64,000 bases of DNA from the IMG/VR virus record IMGVR_UViG_3300025868_000002, positions 8,812 to 72,811 of that record. One strand, given 5' to 3'. Shown here in pieces: positions 40,066-49,539 of this stretch. This DNA comes from a virus (taxonomy: Duplodnaviria > Caudoviricetes). Each line of letters begins with the position of its first letter. Positions within the stretch are counted from its first letter, which is position 1. A program made the position numbers and the translations under genes. Under the pieces are notes generated by a model. The model was not told the DNA's origin, did no database searches, and saw nothing but the letters and a program-made list of their open reading frames with translations.

Positions 40066-40606
40066 CAGATACTTCTTTCAATATTGCAAAGGATTCAGCC
40101 AATGATAAATAATAAGCTGTTAAGTGATTACCCTTTATATTTAAAAATTTTCGCAACATCTTAGGATTGGCACCACTTAAAAAAAGTGTTAAGGCTTCTA
40201 ATTGTTTATAAGATAATGCTGGTAAAGCTTTATCAATTAAATCTTTTATTTCATATTGTAGCAGTAAACTAGTACCGGTATCTGTGCAAGTCTTTAAGAG
40301 TACATCTTCTTCATCGCTATGGGATAATTCTTCCATAGAAACAAAATGGTTATACCAGTTATAACCGTCATCCCTATTAACAAAATTAATAGTATCCCAA
40401 TATAATCTTTGAGTAACATAGCCAGAATTATACTTCTTATCTTCTACTTTAAACAATTTCCAAATAGACAATCTAAGCTCTTGCTCGCAATCCTCTTTAT
40501 CACATTCCCTTTTTATAAATTTATTCGTAAGTTTTTTTATGCCCGGCTCATAATACTTAAGGGCATCATCAATGGTTTCTATTACTTTTTCATGTACAAT
40601 AAGCAT
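40055..40606 (-). CDS. Sigma70/ECF-like RNA polymerase sigma factor
   Basis: Region 2-like DKEDCEQELRLSIWKL...YVTQRLYWDTINF; region 4-like LPALSYKQLEALTLFLSG...HTH. Confidence 0.65.
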   Translation of the reverse strand: MLIVHEKVIETIDDALKYYEPGIKKLTNKFIKRECDKEDCEQELRLSIWKLFKVEDKKYNSGYVTQRLYWDTINFVNRDDGYNWYNHFVSMEELSHSDEEDVLLKTCTDTGTSLLLQYEIKDLIDKALPALSYKQLEALTLFLSGANPKMLRKFLNIKGNHLTAYYLSLAESFAILKEVSDDN

Positions 40607-40609
40607 GAT

Positions 40610-41239
40610 CTAGTTTTCTTTCGTAAGCTCAAATATCATAGTCTCTATATTGCTATACAAATCATCTAAAGACCCCCTGTTTCCCAACAGGTAATCCCAT
40701 TCCTGAATAGCGTTGTATAAAGCCTCACCTGTATGTTTCGAATCTACATCTGAACATTCCCCATCATAGCTTGTAATAATATCTTTACATGGATACATAA
40801 GAACTACGGATATCTTACTAAATATATTTTTTACATGTACACCGCTATCGCTTATTGCATGCGATATTAAAAATCTAGGGCCAAATTTATCAAATAGTTT
40901 TAATTCGTCTGATTTTTTGACATCAGTAATAACCGCATTGAAATTTTTCTTGCTTTCGCACAACATGTAATCTTTCTTAATTTTTGATTCTACTTTATCT
41001 ATAAATATGTTTGTATCAATATCTGTTAAAATATTACCAAGATTTTGCAAAAGCCACCTAGATTTTTTTGTTTTTTCACCCCAAAGATTAGATGAATCTA
41101 TTAAAAAATAGTCGTGTACTAACCATTTTAAATAATCAGAAAACGAGTATTTGTAAAAGCCATATTTAGACTTTAAACAATTCCCAACAGTATCCCTACC
41201 GGAATTTGGTTTACCTACCAAACCTATTAATATTCCCAC
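40610..41239 (-). CDS. Deoxynucleoside monophosphate kinase
   Basis: LIGLVGKPNSGRDTV, FSDYLK, RWLLQNLG, VITDVK motifs. Confidence 0.85.
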   Translation of the reverse strand: MGILIGLVGKPNSGRDTVGNCLKSKYGFYKYSFSDYLKWLVHDYFLIDSSNLWGEKTKKSRWLLQNLGNILTDIDTNIFIDKVESKIKKDYMLCESKKNFNAVITDVKKSDELKLFDKFGPRFLISHAISDSGVHVKNIFSKISVVLMYPCKDIITSYDGECSDVDSKHTGEALYNAIQEWDYLLGNRGSLDDLYSNIETMIFELTKEN

Positions 41240-41240
41240 A

Positions 41241-41588
41241 TCATTCCCCTATAATTTTATTTATGGCCGGAGAATCTGACATAACTATGCCCGAACTTAA
41301 TTCAAAATATTTACGTGTTAATTCCGAATCAATGTCATCAATTGTAAATCCCTTTAAAGCAGACCCGTCTTTGGCAAACTTTTTAATTGAGGCATTTATT
41401 TCCTCACACGAAAAATTTGCAAATTTTTCTAACAATGCACAAATACTATCCGCGGAAACTTTCTTCCCCGAATTCGCTTTGGGTTTCTCCCCCTTCCCCA
41501 GGATCAGTATTTCTTCTGCTTTCTTCAGAAGTTTTGCTATCTCTGTATATTGTGCTGCCATTTTCAACCCCCTCATTTTTTGCTGCAT
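41241..41588 (-). CDS. Hypothetical protein (likely start MAAQ at 41561)
   Basis: ORF with a GAGGGG RBS before the third Met. Confidence 0.5.
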   Translation of the reverse strand: MQQKMRGLKMAAQYTEIAKLLKKAEEILILGKGEKPKANSGKKVSADSICALLEKFANFSCEEINASIKKFAKDGSALKGFTIDDIDSELTRKYFELSSGIVMSDSPAINKIIGE

Positions 41589-41814
41589 TAGCCTTTAACT
41601 CTTGCTCTAAAGATGCTGCTATTACCTGTATCTTCTCCTGTGTGTAACCAAGTTGTGCAAGCACCTTAAAAACTAGCGCAATCTTAAAATCAACAATACC
41701 AAACGATTGACCAATCTGACTCTGCAATGCGCCAAATGCCTGACGTATACTCTCATCCCTTTCTGCAATTAGGGATAACATCTCTTGCTTAAGTTTAGTT
41801 CCTTTTTTGTCCAT
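41446..41814 (-). CDS. Hypothetical coiled-coil protein
   Basis: 122-aa ORF with a GAGG RBS; its C-terminus overlaps the next gene. Confidence 0.5.
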   Translation of the reverse strand: MDKKGTKLKQEMLSLIAERDESIRQAFGALQSQIGQSFGIVDFKIALVFKVLAQLGYTQEKIQVIAASLEQELKANAAKNEGVENGSTIYRDSKTSEESRRNTDPGEGGETQSEFGEESFRG

Positions 41815-42247
41815 TTTTCCGCCTCTTCCTTTTTTGTGGTTTCCCTACGCGTATAAAGAATCTATTATATATAATAACACAATATTTACTAAATTCCTGT
41901 AATACGTCTTCACTAGTATTTTCTGCACAATCTATATACTCATTAATTAATTTAGATCTTTCTAATAAAGATTGTGCAAATAATATTGGTTTATAAATAT
42001 TGTCATTAAATTCTTCAATTGTTTTTGATTTGTGTACATCAGTTATTGAACTATTTATTGAGTTAAATATTTTTTCAGAAAAAGAATCGTATTTTAACTT
42101 CTTTTCTTTGCTGCCGAGGGTATAAATAAACCTTGATATGGGGTCTAAAATAGTAAAACAAATATTCTCTAATATATATGATAGCTCCTTATCAACCTCC
42201 TTACAATTATTTTTATTTAAAGATAAAAGCCTGTCATAATTTATCAT
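41795..42247 (-). CDS. Hypothetical protein
   Basis: 150-aa ORF coupled to the polymerase gene. Confidence 0.5.
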   Translation of the reverse strand: MINYDRLLSLNKNNCKEVDKELSYILENICFTILDPISRFIYTLGSKEKKLKYDSFSEKIFNSINSSITDVHKSKTIEEFNDNIYKPILFAQSLLERSKLINEYIDCAENTSEDVLQEFSKYCVIIYNRFFIRVGKPQKRKRRKNGQKRN

Positions 42248-44166
42248 TATTTAATATCACCCCACGAGCTATAACTATAATTGTAATCAACTGTTAAATC
42301 AACTGCTTCCTTAAATTTTTTAAACTCCAATAATGGTCTTAACAAACCCACTGCTTTTTCTACTTCATATTTTGTGCTAACCTCACAAATAAGCTCATCA
42401 TGAATAACCAATATAGGGCGAATGTCCATGTCTGAAGTTCTTAATTTTTCATCAACATTTCTTAAAGCAATTTTCATTATATCGGCAGACGTACCTTGAA
42501 TTGGTGTATTTATAGCTTTTCTAACATCGGCAAAATATAGCTTCCTTTTTTCTGAAGCTAATTCATCATCATCATCTGGCATAACAACTAGCTTAATATT
42601 ATCTAGTCTTCTTTTTCTGCCAAAAGCAGTTAAAATATACCCATTTTCTTCGGCAAATTTAATCACTCTATCAAACCATTTTGTGTTACCAAGAAATCTT
42701 TCTTTATGATTTTTAATTAATTCACGCGCTTTTTCAACTTTAATATTTAGAGTATCGGCCAATTTATGCTCACCCATACCATAAAGGATACCAAAGTTAC
42801 AGGTTTTACTGATTTTTCTTTGCTGTTTTGTTACCTCATCAAGCGGCGTATCAAACAGCAATGAAGCGGCAACCTTATGCACATCTTCACCACAATTAAC
42901 AGAGTCATAAAGATGTGAAAGTTTTGCCATTCCAACTAATATTCTGTATTCCATCTGGTCATAATCCATGGACAAAAAGTAATAACCTTTTCTTGGCATT
43001 ATTGCATATCGCATACTTTCTGTCACATTCTGAAAATTTGGGTCGTTGGATGACATGCGGCCAGTCCCAGCACCAAGACTATTAAAATTAGTATATATTA
43101 TTTCAGACTTGCTATCCTCAATTATTTTTAACCAGGGAATTATATATTTTGTCAAAAGGCTATATAGTTTCTTCCTTTTAGAGTATAACTCAAATATATT
43201 ATCGTCTTCACTTAACCCGTAATTACTAAGTAAATCTGCAAATCTTATTTTATACTTATTTATGTGATAATCGTCAAAGCATATAGATCTGGTTTGGGTA
43301 TAACTAAAATACCGTTTCATGTCCGGAAATCTTGCCAAAATAAGCTCACCAAACTGCTCTCCGGAATTGATATTAAAATTATCACCGGCACCAAGTAACT
43401 TTTTTATTTTGTTATAAATTTCGTCTGCTTTTTCTTTATATTCTTTCTTGAGTGACACTAATTTCTTATAACAAACCCTTACTCCCCTTAATTCCATTTT
43501 GGCAAGTGGGTATATTAAATCAACTTCCACATTATACATATAATTTGGTTCCCACCCAGTTTCTTTAAAATACTCAAATATTCTTAATGTTAAATCTGTA
43601 TCTTGGCAGCAATATTCATATAATTCTTCCGGCTTTAACATGCTAACTTTATTATATTTTATATTATACTTTACAAGTATATCACCTAATTCAACAACAT
43701 TAAAATCAAATATTGTTTTTCCTAAATGTTTTAATTTACATGAATCAAATATGTCTAATAATTTTGCAATTACCAACGTGTCATGTTTACACCTTATGTT
43801 TATATTAAAATCTTTTAACGTAAATTTATAGTCAAATTTTAAATTATGGCCTAAAATATCTTTTTTTTCTAAATATTTAGCTATATATTTCTTAAAAATG
43901 GTCTCATCCAAGTTGTTACCAAATTTATGTTTAAGAGGTATGTAAAAACCCAAACCTGGCTCACCACAAAAGGACACTCCAACAATTTTTGAATTCTGTA
44001 TATTAATGCCATCTGTCTCAACATCATAAGCAATTACACTATATGTTTCTAATATTTCAGAAAGTCTTTTAGCTTTTCTTTCATTATCAACTATATGGTA
44101 ATTACAACCCTCTTTCCTAAACCATACTTCTTCACTAATTGCATTATCAAATAGTAATTGCTGCAT
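42247..44166 (-). CDS. polA: Family A DNA polymerase (3'-5' exonuclease + polymerase; likely start 44166)
   Basis: ExoI YDVETDG, ExoII GHNLKFD, ExoIII YCCQDTD; motif A DYDQMEYR, motif B RKISKTCNFGILYG, motif C IHDEL. Confidence 0.95.
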   Translation of the reverse strand: MQQLLFDNAISEEVWFRKEGCNYHIVDNERKAKRLSEILETYSVIAYDVETDGINIQNSKIVGVSFCGEPGLGFYIPLKHKFGNNLDETIFKKYIAKYLEKKDILGHNLKFDYKFTLKDFNINIRCKHDTLVIAKLLDIFDSCKLKHLGKTIFDFNVVELGDILVKYNIKYNKVSMLKPEELYEYCCQDTDLTLRIFEYFKETGWEPNYMYNVEVDLIYPLAKMELRGVRVCYKKLVSLKKEYKEKADEIYNKIKKLLGAGDNFNINSGEQFGELILARFPDMKRYFSYTQTRSICFDDYHINKYKIRFADLLSNYGLSEDDNIFELYSKRKKLYSLLTKYIIPWLKIIEDSKSEIIYTNFNSLGAGTGRMSSNDPNFQNVTESMRYAIMPRKGYYFLSMDYDQMEYRILVGMAKLSHLYDSVNCGEDVHKVAASLLFDTPLDEVTKQQRKISKTCNFGILYGMGEHKLADTLNIKVEKARELIKNHKERFLGNTKWFDRVIKFAEENGYILTAFGRKRRLDNIKLVVMPDDDDELASEKRKLYFADVRKAINTPIQGTSADIMKIALRNVDEKLRTSDMDIRPILVIHDELICEVSTKYEVEKAVGLLRPLLEFKKFKEAVDLTVDYNYSYSSWGDIK

Positions 44167-45070
44167 CAAAAACCTTCTTGACATTTGTAAAAGCAGTATT
44201 TGGATCTGGATGGTACGTAAGTAAATTAGTTGGATTTGTTGTTCTGGCTTTCTCAATAAATAAATGAGTAAGCATACTAATTGGCTTCCCTGGTATATGC
44301 GTTGGTATTAGCTGATTCTGAACAAACCATTGGGCATACGTGGGTATTTCCGCCCAAGAAGATATAATAGTAGGCCATGAGTTTACCCCTATAACCCCAG
44401 ATGCCCCATAAATTAAACTTATAGCCTCTGTAAGGGAAGTTTTCCCGCGTAAATCAACAACGGCACCACCAAAATCACCAATACGAAAATCTCTGGCATC
44501 TTTCCCTGTCCCTATGATATAAAGTTTTGTGCCAATATAATATTGGGCAACAAGTCGAATAAGTTCCCGCCATCTTTGCTTACTCCAAGTCCTTTCCGCC
44601 TTTTCAGTGGAAACCGCAGAAGATACCGGGTGTACAACAAAATATGGCTCTGGGTTAACAGCATGTTCAATATTCAACCTAAAGGGAAAAGTACTCTTAT
44701 ATTTATTGTATGTCTGAAGATAAATCCATTGTTCTACATATGGAAAAAATCTTGACAAAAATTCTATATATCGTGTCACACCTTCCCCTCCGCTAGACTG
44801 GGTAATAAATTTATCCTCAACTAAAGGTAATTTATCTTTTGGTAAACTAATCTTAAGATAATTTACCATCTGGCCTACGTCAGTTATTGTGATTGGGTAA
44901 TTTGAAAAATTAACTAACTCTCTTGCTAAATTTGGTGCTGGATTCCAAAGCAAAAAATTAATTCCTGAGTAATCACCATTAACCTGAAAAAAATTATCTA
45001 ACCGAGTCAGAAAAGTAAATAAATCACCCAATCCACATGCAACAGCAATATTTTTGTTAAAATCCAACAT
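44147..45070 (-). CDS. GT9-family (heptosyltransferase-like, GT-B) glycosyltransferase
   Basis: GLGD, VVHPVSS...RTWSKQRWRELI, IIGT...DLRGKTSLTEAISLIYGASGVIGVNSWP. Confidence 0.8.
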   Translation of the reverse strand: MLDFNKNIAVACGLGDLFTFLTRLDNFFQVNGDYSGINFLLWNPAPNLARELVNFSNYPITITDVGQMVNYLKISLPKDKLPLVEDKFITQSSGGEGVTRYIEFLSRFFPYVEQWIYLQTYNKYKSTFPFRLNIEHAVNPEPYFVVHPVSSAVSTEKAERTWSKQRWRELIRLVAQYYIGTKLYIIGTGKDARDFRIGDFGGAVVDLRGKTSLTEAISLIYGASGVIGVNSWPTIISSWAEIPTYAQWFVQNQLIPTHIPGKPISMLTHLFIEKARTTNPTNLLTYHPDPNTAFTNVKKVFDAAITI

Positions 45071-45501
45071 TAGAACGGAAGATCATCCCCAAAATCTTCA
45101 TCCTTTCCTGTCTCTTCTTTTTCGGGGCTAGAATCATGTTTGTCTTCGTTTTTACTTTCATTATGTGATTTTGTAATACCCTTAATAGTCTTTGCGTTGA
45201 CCCGCATATAAGACCTTTTGTTTCCTTCCTCATCCTCATACGAATTCTGCTCGTATTCACCCTCAACTAAATACAAATTTCCCTTTTTTATTAAATCCGA
45301 TATATATTCCTTAGCCTTATCGGTACCCCAAAAAATAATGTTGTGCCAATGAGTAATGGTTCTCCACCCACTTTCTTCTTCTTCCGATCTAAACGATCTC
45401 CAAGTAGCTAAAGAAAACGTAACAGGCTGATTAGGCTCCTCATATTTGGCGTCAGCCCCAGCCCTACCAATTAAAACAATTTTATTAAACATACGTTGCA
45501 T
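45070..45501 (-). CDS. ssb: Single-stranded DNA-binding protein
   Basis: NKIVLIGRAGAD, FSLAT, WHNIIFWG, acidic tail DFGDDLPF. Confidence 0.93.
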   Translation of the reverse strand: MQRMFNKIVLIGRAGADAKYEEPNQPVTFSLATWRSFRSEEEESGWRTITHWHNIIFWGTDKAKEYISDLIKKGNLYLVEGEYEQNSYEDEEGNKRSYMRVNAKTIKGITKSHNESKNEDKHDSSPEKEETGKDEDFGDDLPF

Positions 45502-45506
45502 GCCTC

Positions 45507-46280
45507 CTACGAAATAGCCAGATTAACTGCATCTGTAATTTCTTCAAAATTATTATGGAAATATCTTAAAGTTGTTGTAAAAGACTCGTGGCCTAATACC
45601 TTTTTAACAATGTTTTCCCCCGCGCCAGAATTTATTAATTTCGTTGTGTACCCATGCCTGAAACTATGCGGAGAATACTCTTTGCCAAAAAATAACTTTG
45701 TCCAAAAAGAAATGGTACTTTTACTTGTTCTATTTAAAAAAGTTATAAAATACTGATCTAAATAAAAGAGTATTCTGTCATTTACTGGTATTCTCCTTTC
45801 TTTATTTCCTTTCCCTATTACGACTAAAGATTTTGTTTCTGTATCTATATTACTCTTATTTAAATGAGTTAGTTCATCTATACGTAACCCAGTATTATAC
45901 AGCATGTCAAACAAATTAGAAACATGATCACGACTATGCTTTCTGAATTTATAAACCCTTATCCTTTGGATACCTTCTTTAAAAGCAGTATCAGTTATAA
46001 AGTTAGCCTCTCGGTATTTTAGCCTGGGCTTAGCTATAATCGAAAAGTTTATATCAATATTAAATAATTTACAATATACCTTTATTGCCGTAATCCTTCT
46101 GTGCATGCTGCTAGCACTTAAATTTTTGTTTTTTATGATGTAACTTTGTAAATTAGATTCAGTTATAGCATCGTAATTTTCAAAGTATTTTGCTAAGTCA
46201 TTTGTATACGCCTTAACTGTATTGTTGCTTCTGTTTAGGCCCACTAATATGTCAGAAAAAGACTTTAGGCTATGCATCAC
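45507..46280 (-). CDS. XerC/D-like tyrosine recombinase
   Basis: TGLRIDEL, GKGNKER, HSFRH, LGHE...Y: the full R-K-H-R-H-Y catalytic set. Confidence 0.92.
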   Translation of the reverse strand: MMHSLKSFSDILVGLNRSNNTVKAYTNDLAKYFENYDAITESNLQSYIIKNKNLSASSMHRRITAIKVYCKLFNIDINFSIIAKPRLKYREANFITDTAFKEGIQRIRVYKFRKHSRDHVSNLFDMLYNTGLRIDELTHLNKSNIDTETKSLVVIGKGNKERRIPVNDRILFYLDQYFITFLNRTSKSTISFWTKLFFGKEYSPHSFRHGYTTKLINSGAGENIVKKVLGHESFTTTLRYFHNNFEEITDAVNLAIS

Positions 46281-46319
46281 GTACCTCCTGATCGGCGTAG
46301 ATGCAAAAAGTGTGCCAAG

Positions 46320-46643
46320 TTAAGCATTACGCCCCCTGGGGTTACATTTTGAGCAACGCCACTCTAAGTTAGTCAACATATTATTGTACATGTTTCCATC
46401 TTTATGATGTACTTCTAAAAGGCGCGGATTACTCGGGGAAATCCCACATTTACTGCACTTTCTAACCCTTTTAGTATTCATCAAAAGACGTCTAGCCTTG
46501 TTTCTCGAATTTGATTTTTTCGTTTGGTTGTAACTCTTCCTCCAAGATTGATACTTCTTAGAGTTTTTTCTGCGCCACAAACCCATATGTGAAAGCTGAC
46601 TTGGCTTCTTTTTTGTTTTTTTGTGTTCACCCTTTTTCGGCAT
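46320..46643 (-). CDS. HNH endonuclease with a basic N-terminus
   Basis: CSKC...LEVHHKDGN..NN..NL...CSKC. Confidence 0.85.
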   Translation of the reverse strand: MPKKGEHKKTKKKPSQLSHMGLWRRKNSKKYQSWRKSYNQTKKSNSRNKARRLLMNTKRVRKCSKCGISPSNPRLLEVHHKDGNMYNNMLTNLEWRCSKCNPRGRNA

Positions 46644-46803
46644 TCGTTTTTCCCTTGCTTGTTTCTATAAATATAGCGAGTGTACTAATCATAATAGCAA
46701 CTGCTTTATTATACATATGGTTTATTAAAATACCAGATAGTGCAAATGTAAATAATAATTTAACAAAATATTCAAATATTGAAATCCAATCTACATTAGA
46801 CAT
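46627..46803 (-). CDS. Small membrane protein (58 aa, not in the ORF track)
   Basis: Hand translation MSNVDWISIFEYFVKLLFTFALSGILINHMYNKAVAIMISTLAIFIETSKGKTNAEKG fills the gap and overlaps both neighbours. Confidence 0.55.
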   Translation of the reverse strand: MSNVDWISIFEYFVKLLFTFALSGILINHMYNKAVAIMISTLAIFIETSKGKTNAEKG

Positions 46804-47080
46804 TCATAACCTTCTTTGTGTAGAATTCACCCCGTATCCCATTTAATATAAGAACCCAAACCTCTCCAATTTCCGAAATATAACTTATAGACACTACTAT
46901 ACCTACCTTCTCATTTTTTACGGCATCTATAACATTTTTGCCTATACCATTACGCAATACCTCTATTAGACTTGTATACCAAAAAGAATACTGCTTAACA
47001 ATAAAATCAAAGTAAAGCGTATCATCAAGAACACACCTATAAGTATATTTTCCCAAATTTAAGACATTAAAAGTTAACAT
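46796..47080 (-). CDS. Hypothetical protein
   Basis: 94-aa ORF in the operon. Confidence 0.5.
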   Translation of the reverse strand: MLTFNVLNLGKYTYRCVLDDTLYFDFIVKQYSFWYTSLIEVLRNGIGKNVIDAVKNEKVGIVVSISYISEIGEVWVLILNGIRGEFYTKKVMNV

Positions 47081-47088
47081 AATGCACC

Positions 47089-47616
47089 TTATAGAAGTTC
47101 CACTTCATTTCTGCCATCATAAACAAATATAATTATGCTTATTTTGTCGAATAATGTTTTTATGTATCTTATGTATTTTTCTTTTGAATGTTTTTTATTT
47201 TTTGCACAATAAACTATAACACCAGTCACATCATTTTTATTTTCATCTAAACTAACACTATATTTATAAGTTTCAAAATCCTTAAAAAACCCTTCTATAT
47301 AAAACTCATGTAAAACAAAGTAACGTGTTTCATTGATACTTAAATATACAATTGATTCTTTTTGTGGGTTTTTTACAAGCCTATGATAGCAAAAATCACC
47401 TTTACTATAACACAGCAAATATTTTCTTAAGTGTATATTTCCTATAGCTACTATGTAAGTATCTTCTCCATACGCGGAAGAAAGCATGATTAAACTAGTG
47501 TAAAAGTCATTAATTGATGTGGCATTCTTCAATGCGTCTATGTCACCTAAAACATATAGGTCACCTATCGTGCCTACTCTACCTATAACATCAGAAAATA
47601 ATAAGTTTTTACCCAT
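47089..47616 (-). CDS. Hypothetical protein
   Basis: 175-aa ORF in the operon. Confidence 0.5.
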   Translation of the reverse strand: MGKNLLFSDVIGRVGTIGDLYVLGDIDALKNATSINDFYTSLIMLSSAYGEDTYIVAIGNIHLRKYLLCYSKGDFCYHRLVKNPQKESIVYLSINETRYFVLHEFYIEGFFKDFETYKYSVSLDENKNDVTGVIVYCAKNKKHSKEKYIRYIKTLFDKISIIIFVYDGRNEVELL

Positions 47617-47928
47617 TTACTCATCTCTAATTTTTTTCATAACATCTGATGATAATAACCCAGATAGATCTTCTTTATCTATAAAACCAAACCCACATAG
47701 TAATGCAGGGGCATAAACTTTATAGTTAGTCTTAAGGGCATCACATGATACATCTATATAGTTACAAAATTCCAAATTGTTAGCAATATGTGCTTCCATA
47801 GCAGTATAAAGGGCTTCAGCAACATGGCACCCGCTACTTGTGTAAGAAGAACCATTTATGATTACGTTAAATATATGGTCATCATCAAAAGTATCATCAT
47901 CAATTTTTATTACTTGCTTGTTTTTCAT
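47617..47928 (-). CDS. Hypothetical protein
   Basis: 103-aa ORF in the operon. Confidence 0.5.
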   Translation of the reverse strand: MKNKQVIKIDDDTFDDDHIFNVIINGSSYTSSGCHVAEALYTAMEAHIANNLEFCNYIDVSCDALKTNYKVYAPALLCGFGFIDKEDLSGLLSSDVMKKIRDE

Positions 47929-47934
47929 TTATGC

Positions 47935-48501
47935 TCACTTTCTATAGCAGCTACCACAACGTGCTTCGTATATTTCTGAACCACCAACACAGACTTGATC
48001 TTTATTTTTAGTTGATTTCCTATAAGTAAATAATGCATTAAATCTCTTGCACATGGAACAAACAGCCTTAAAAGTAATAACCTCACCATATGGCAAAATA
48101 TTTACCATTTCTTCAAACGGATTCCTGTAAGAATCTAAAGCCAAACCAGAAATATATATGTCAATCCCATGTTTTTCGCATAAGTCAAGTAAAATAGTGT
48201 GCAACCCATTTTTAACAAATTGATATTCATCTATAAAAATGGCATCAACACAAAAGTTTCTGTTCGCCAAGTAAGGAAGAATATCATCAAGGTTATTTAT
48301 TTCCAAGGAAGACATTGCTTCTTTATTATGTGTACATATGGCATCTTCTTCATACCTATTATCTAATTTTGGCTTAAATATATAGATTGTTTTATTTGCT
48401 ATTTTGTATAGTCTTGCTGTTTTTAATAATTCTGTCGTTTTTCCACTAAACATTGGGCCAGTAAATATAACAAATTTCCCAGGTTCCACTATTATCTCCA
48501 T
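47935..48501 (-). CDS. tdk: Thymidine kinase
   Basis: TGPMFSGKTTEL, KPKLDNRY, IFIDEYQF, Zn site CSMC...CGSC, VGGSEIYEARC. Confidence 0.95.
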   Translation of the reverse strand: MEIIVEPGKFVIFTGPMFSGKTTELLKTARLYKIANKTIYIFKPKLDNRYEEDAICTHNKEAMSSLEINNLDDILPYLANRNFCVDAIFIDEYQFVKNGLHTILLDLCEKHGIDIYISGLALDSYRNPFEEMVNILPYGEVITFKAVCSMCKRFNALFTYRKSTKNKDQVCVGGSEIYEARCGSCYRK

Positions 48502-49229
48502 TTTTCTGTTTTAAAATCATCGGTGACAAACAATGGCATGTATTTACTCTCTCTATAGTGTGCAAAAAGGCTATCAATACCGCGTGACCCAAAGCGTATT
48601 TTTGGTTCAGGATTAATTACACCTTTTCTGTACATAAGAACACAAATATCATCTAAGGTATACCTCTTATTATGATATATAGACAATAAATTTTCAAAAG
48701 AATACCTGTTATCAGATAATATAAATTTGTTAGAAATCGAATTTTTTATTAACCTTGTTTTATTTCGTGCTCCAACCCTTTTTACATTATTATAAAAAAC
48801 AAATAATCCCCATTTATCCTTAAGACTATCTAAATTTGCCTTTATTGCAATATTTAGAAACTCAACGTGTTCCAATGTTAAAACAGTACCCTCTTCTGGT
48901 ATAATATAAAATGATCCCTCTTTATCTTTTTCAAGTAAGTCATCAATGTAATCTTCAAAATGGCATATTTTGTTTTTAAGTATGTAAATTGAAAATTTCT
49001 TCGTATCCGATGTATATATTGTTCTAGATTTTCTCCTGTATTCGTGTGGCAATCTTTTTACAAAATATTTAGTGGCCTTACACTGCTCTTTAGCTACGCA
49101 TAAAATTCTAACATTGTTATATATCTCTAATGTTCTATCTATGAAATAACAAAGATGCTTAAAACTCATAATTACCATATCATAGTTCATTACTATTGTT
49201 ATAGGCTTCAAAGATGTCTGGTGCCCCAT
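48492..49229 (-). CDS. Hypothetical protein
   Basis: 245-aa ORF in the operon. Confidence 0.5.
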   Translation of the reverse strand: MGHQTSLKPITIVMNYDMVIMSFKHLCYFIDRTLEIYNNVRILCVAKEQCKATKYFVKRLPHEYRRKSRTIYTSDTKKFSIYILKNKICHFEDYIDDLLEKDKEGSFYIIPEEGTVLTLEHVEFLNIAIKANLDSLKDKWGLFVFYNNVKRVGARNKTRLIKNSISNKFILSDNRYSFENLLSIYHNKRYTLDDICVLMYRKGVINPEPKIRFGSRGIDSLFAHYRESKYMPLFVTDDFKTEKWR

Positions 49230-49539
49230 TGACTCTTTCCTTCAAACTTTTTGTTGGTTTAAACATTTTATGCCACATAAATATTGTTCTTGTTACATGC
49301 TGCGTAGTATTAACCTGCACAAAATTATGCCTTACCCTTTTTATATATGAGCCAGGATAAAATATGCCTAATCCACGTAGTATAACTTTTTCGTCATTTA
49401 ATAATCCTTCCTCTATTGTTTCAAACATTGTTTCAAGTATAAGTTTTATATTTCCCTTGTTAAGTTTATATTTACATGGAAGGTTATGCCAGGCGTATAG
49501 AACTAAGTCATGCTTTGTGGTATTTTTTTTCCCGTCCAT
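49180..49539 (-). CDS. HU/IHF-like DNA-binding protein
   Basis: ILETMFETIEEGLLNDEKVILRGLGIF...FKPTKSLKERVN. Confidence 0.85.
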   Translation of the reverse strand: MDGKKNTTKHDLVLYAWHNLPCKYKLNKGNIKLILETMFETIEEGLLNDEKVILRGLGIFYPGSYIKRVRHNFVQVNTTQHVTRTIFMWHKMFKPTKSLKERVNGAPDIFEAYNNSNEL

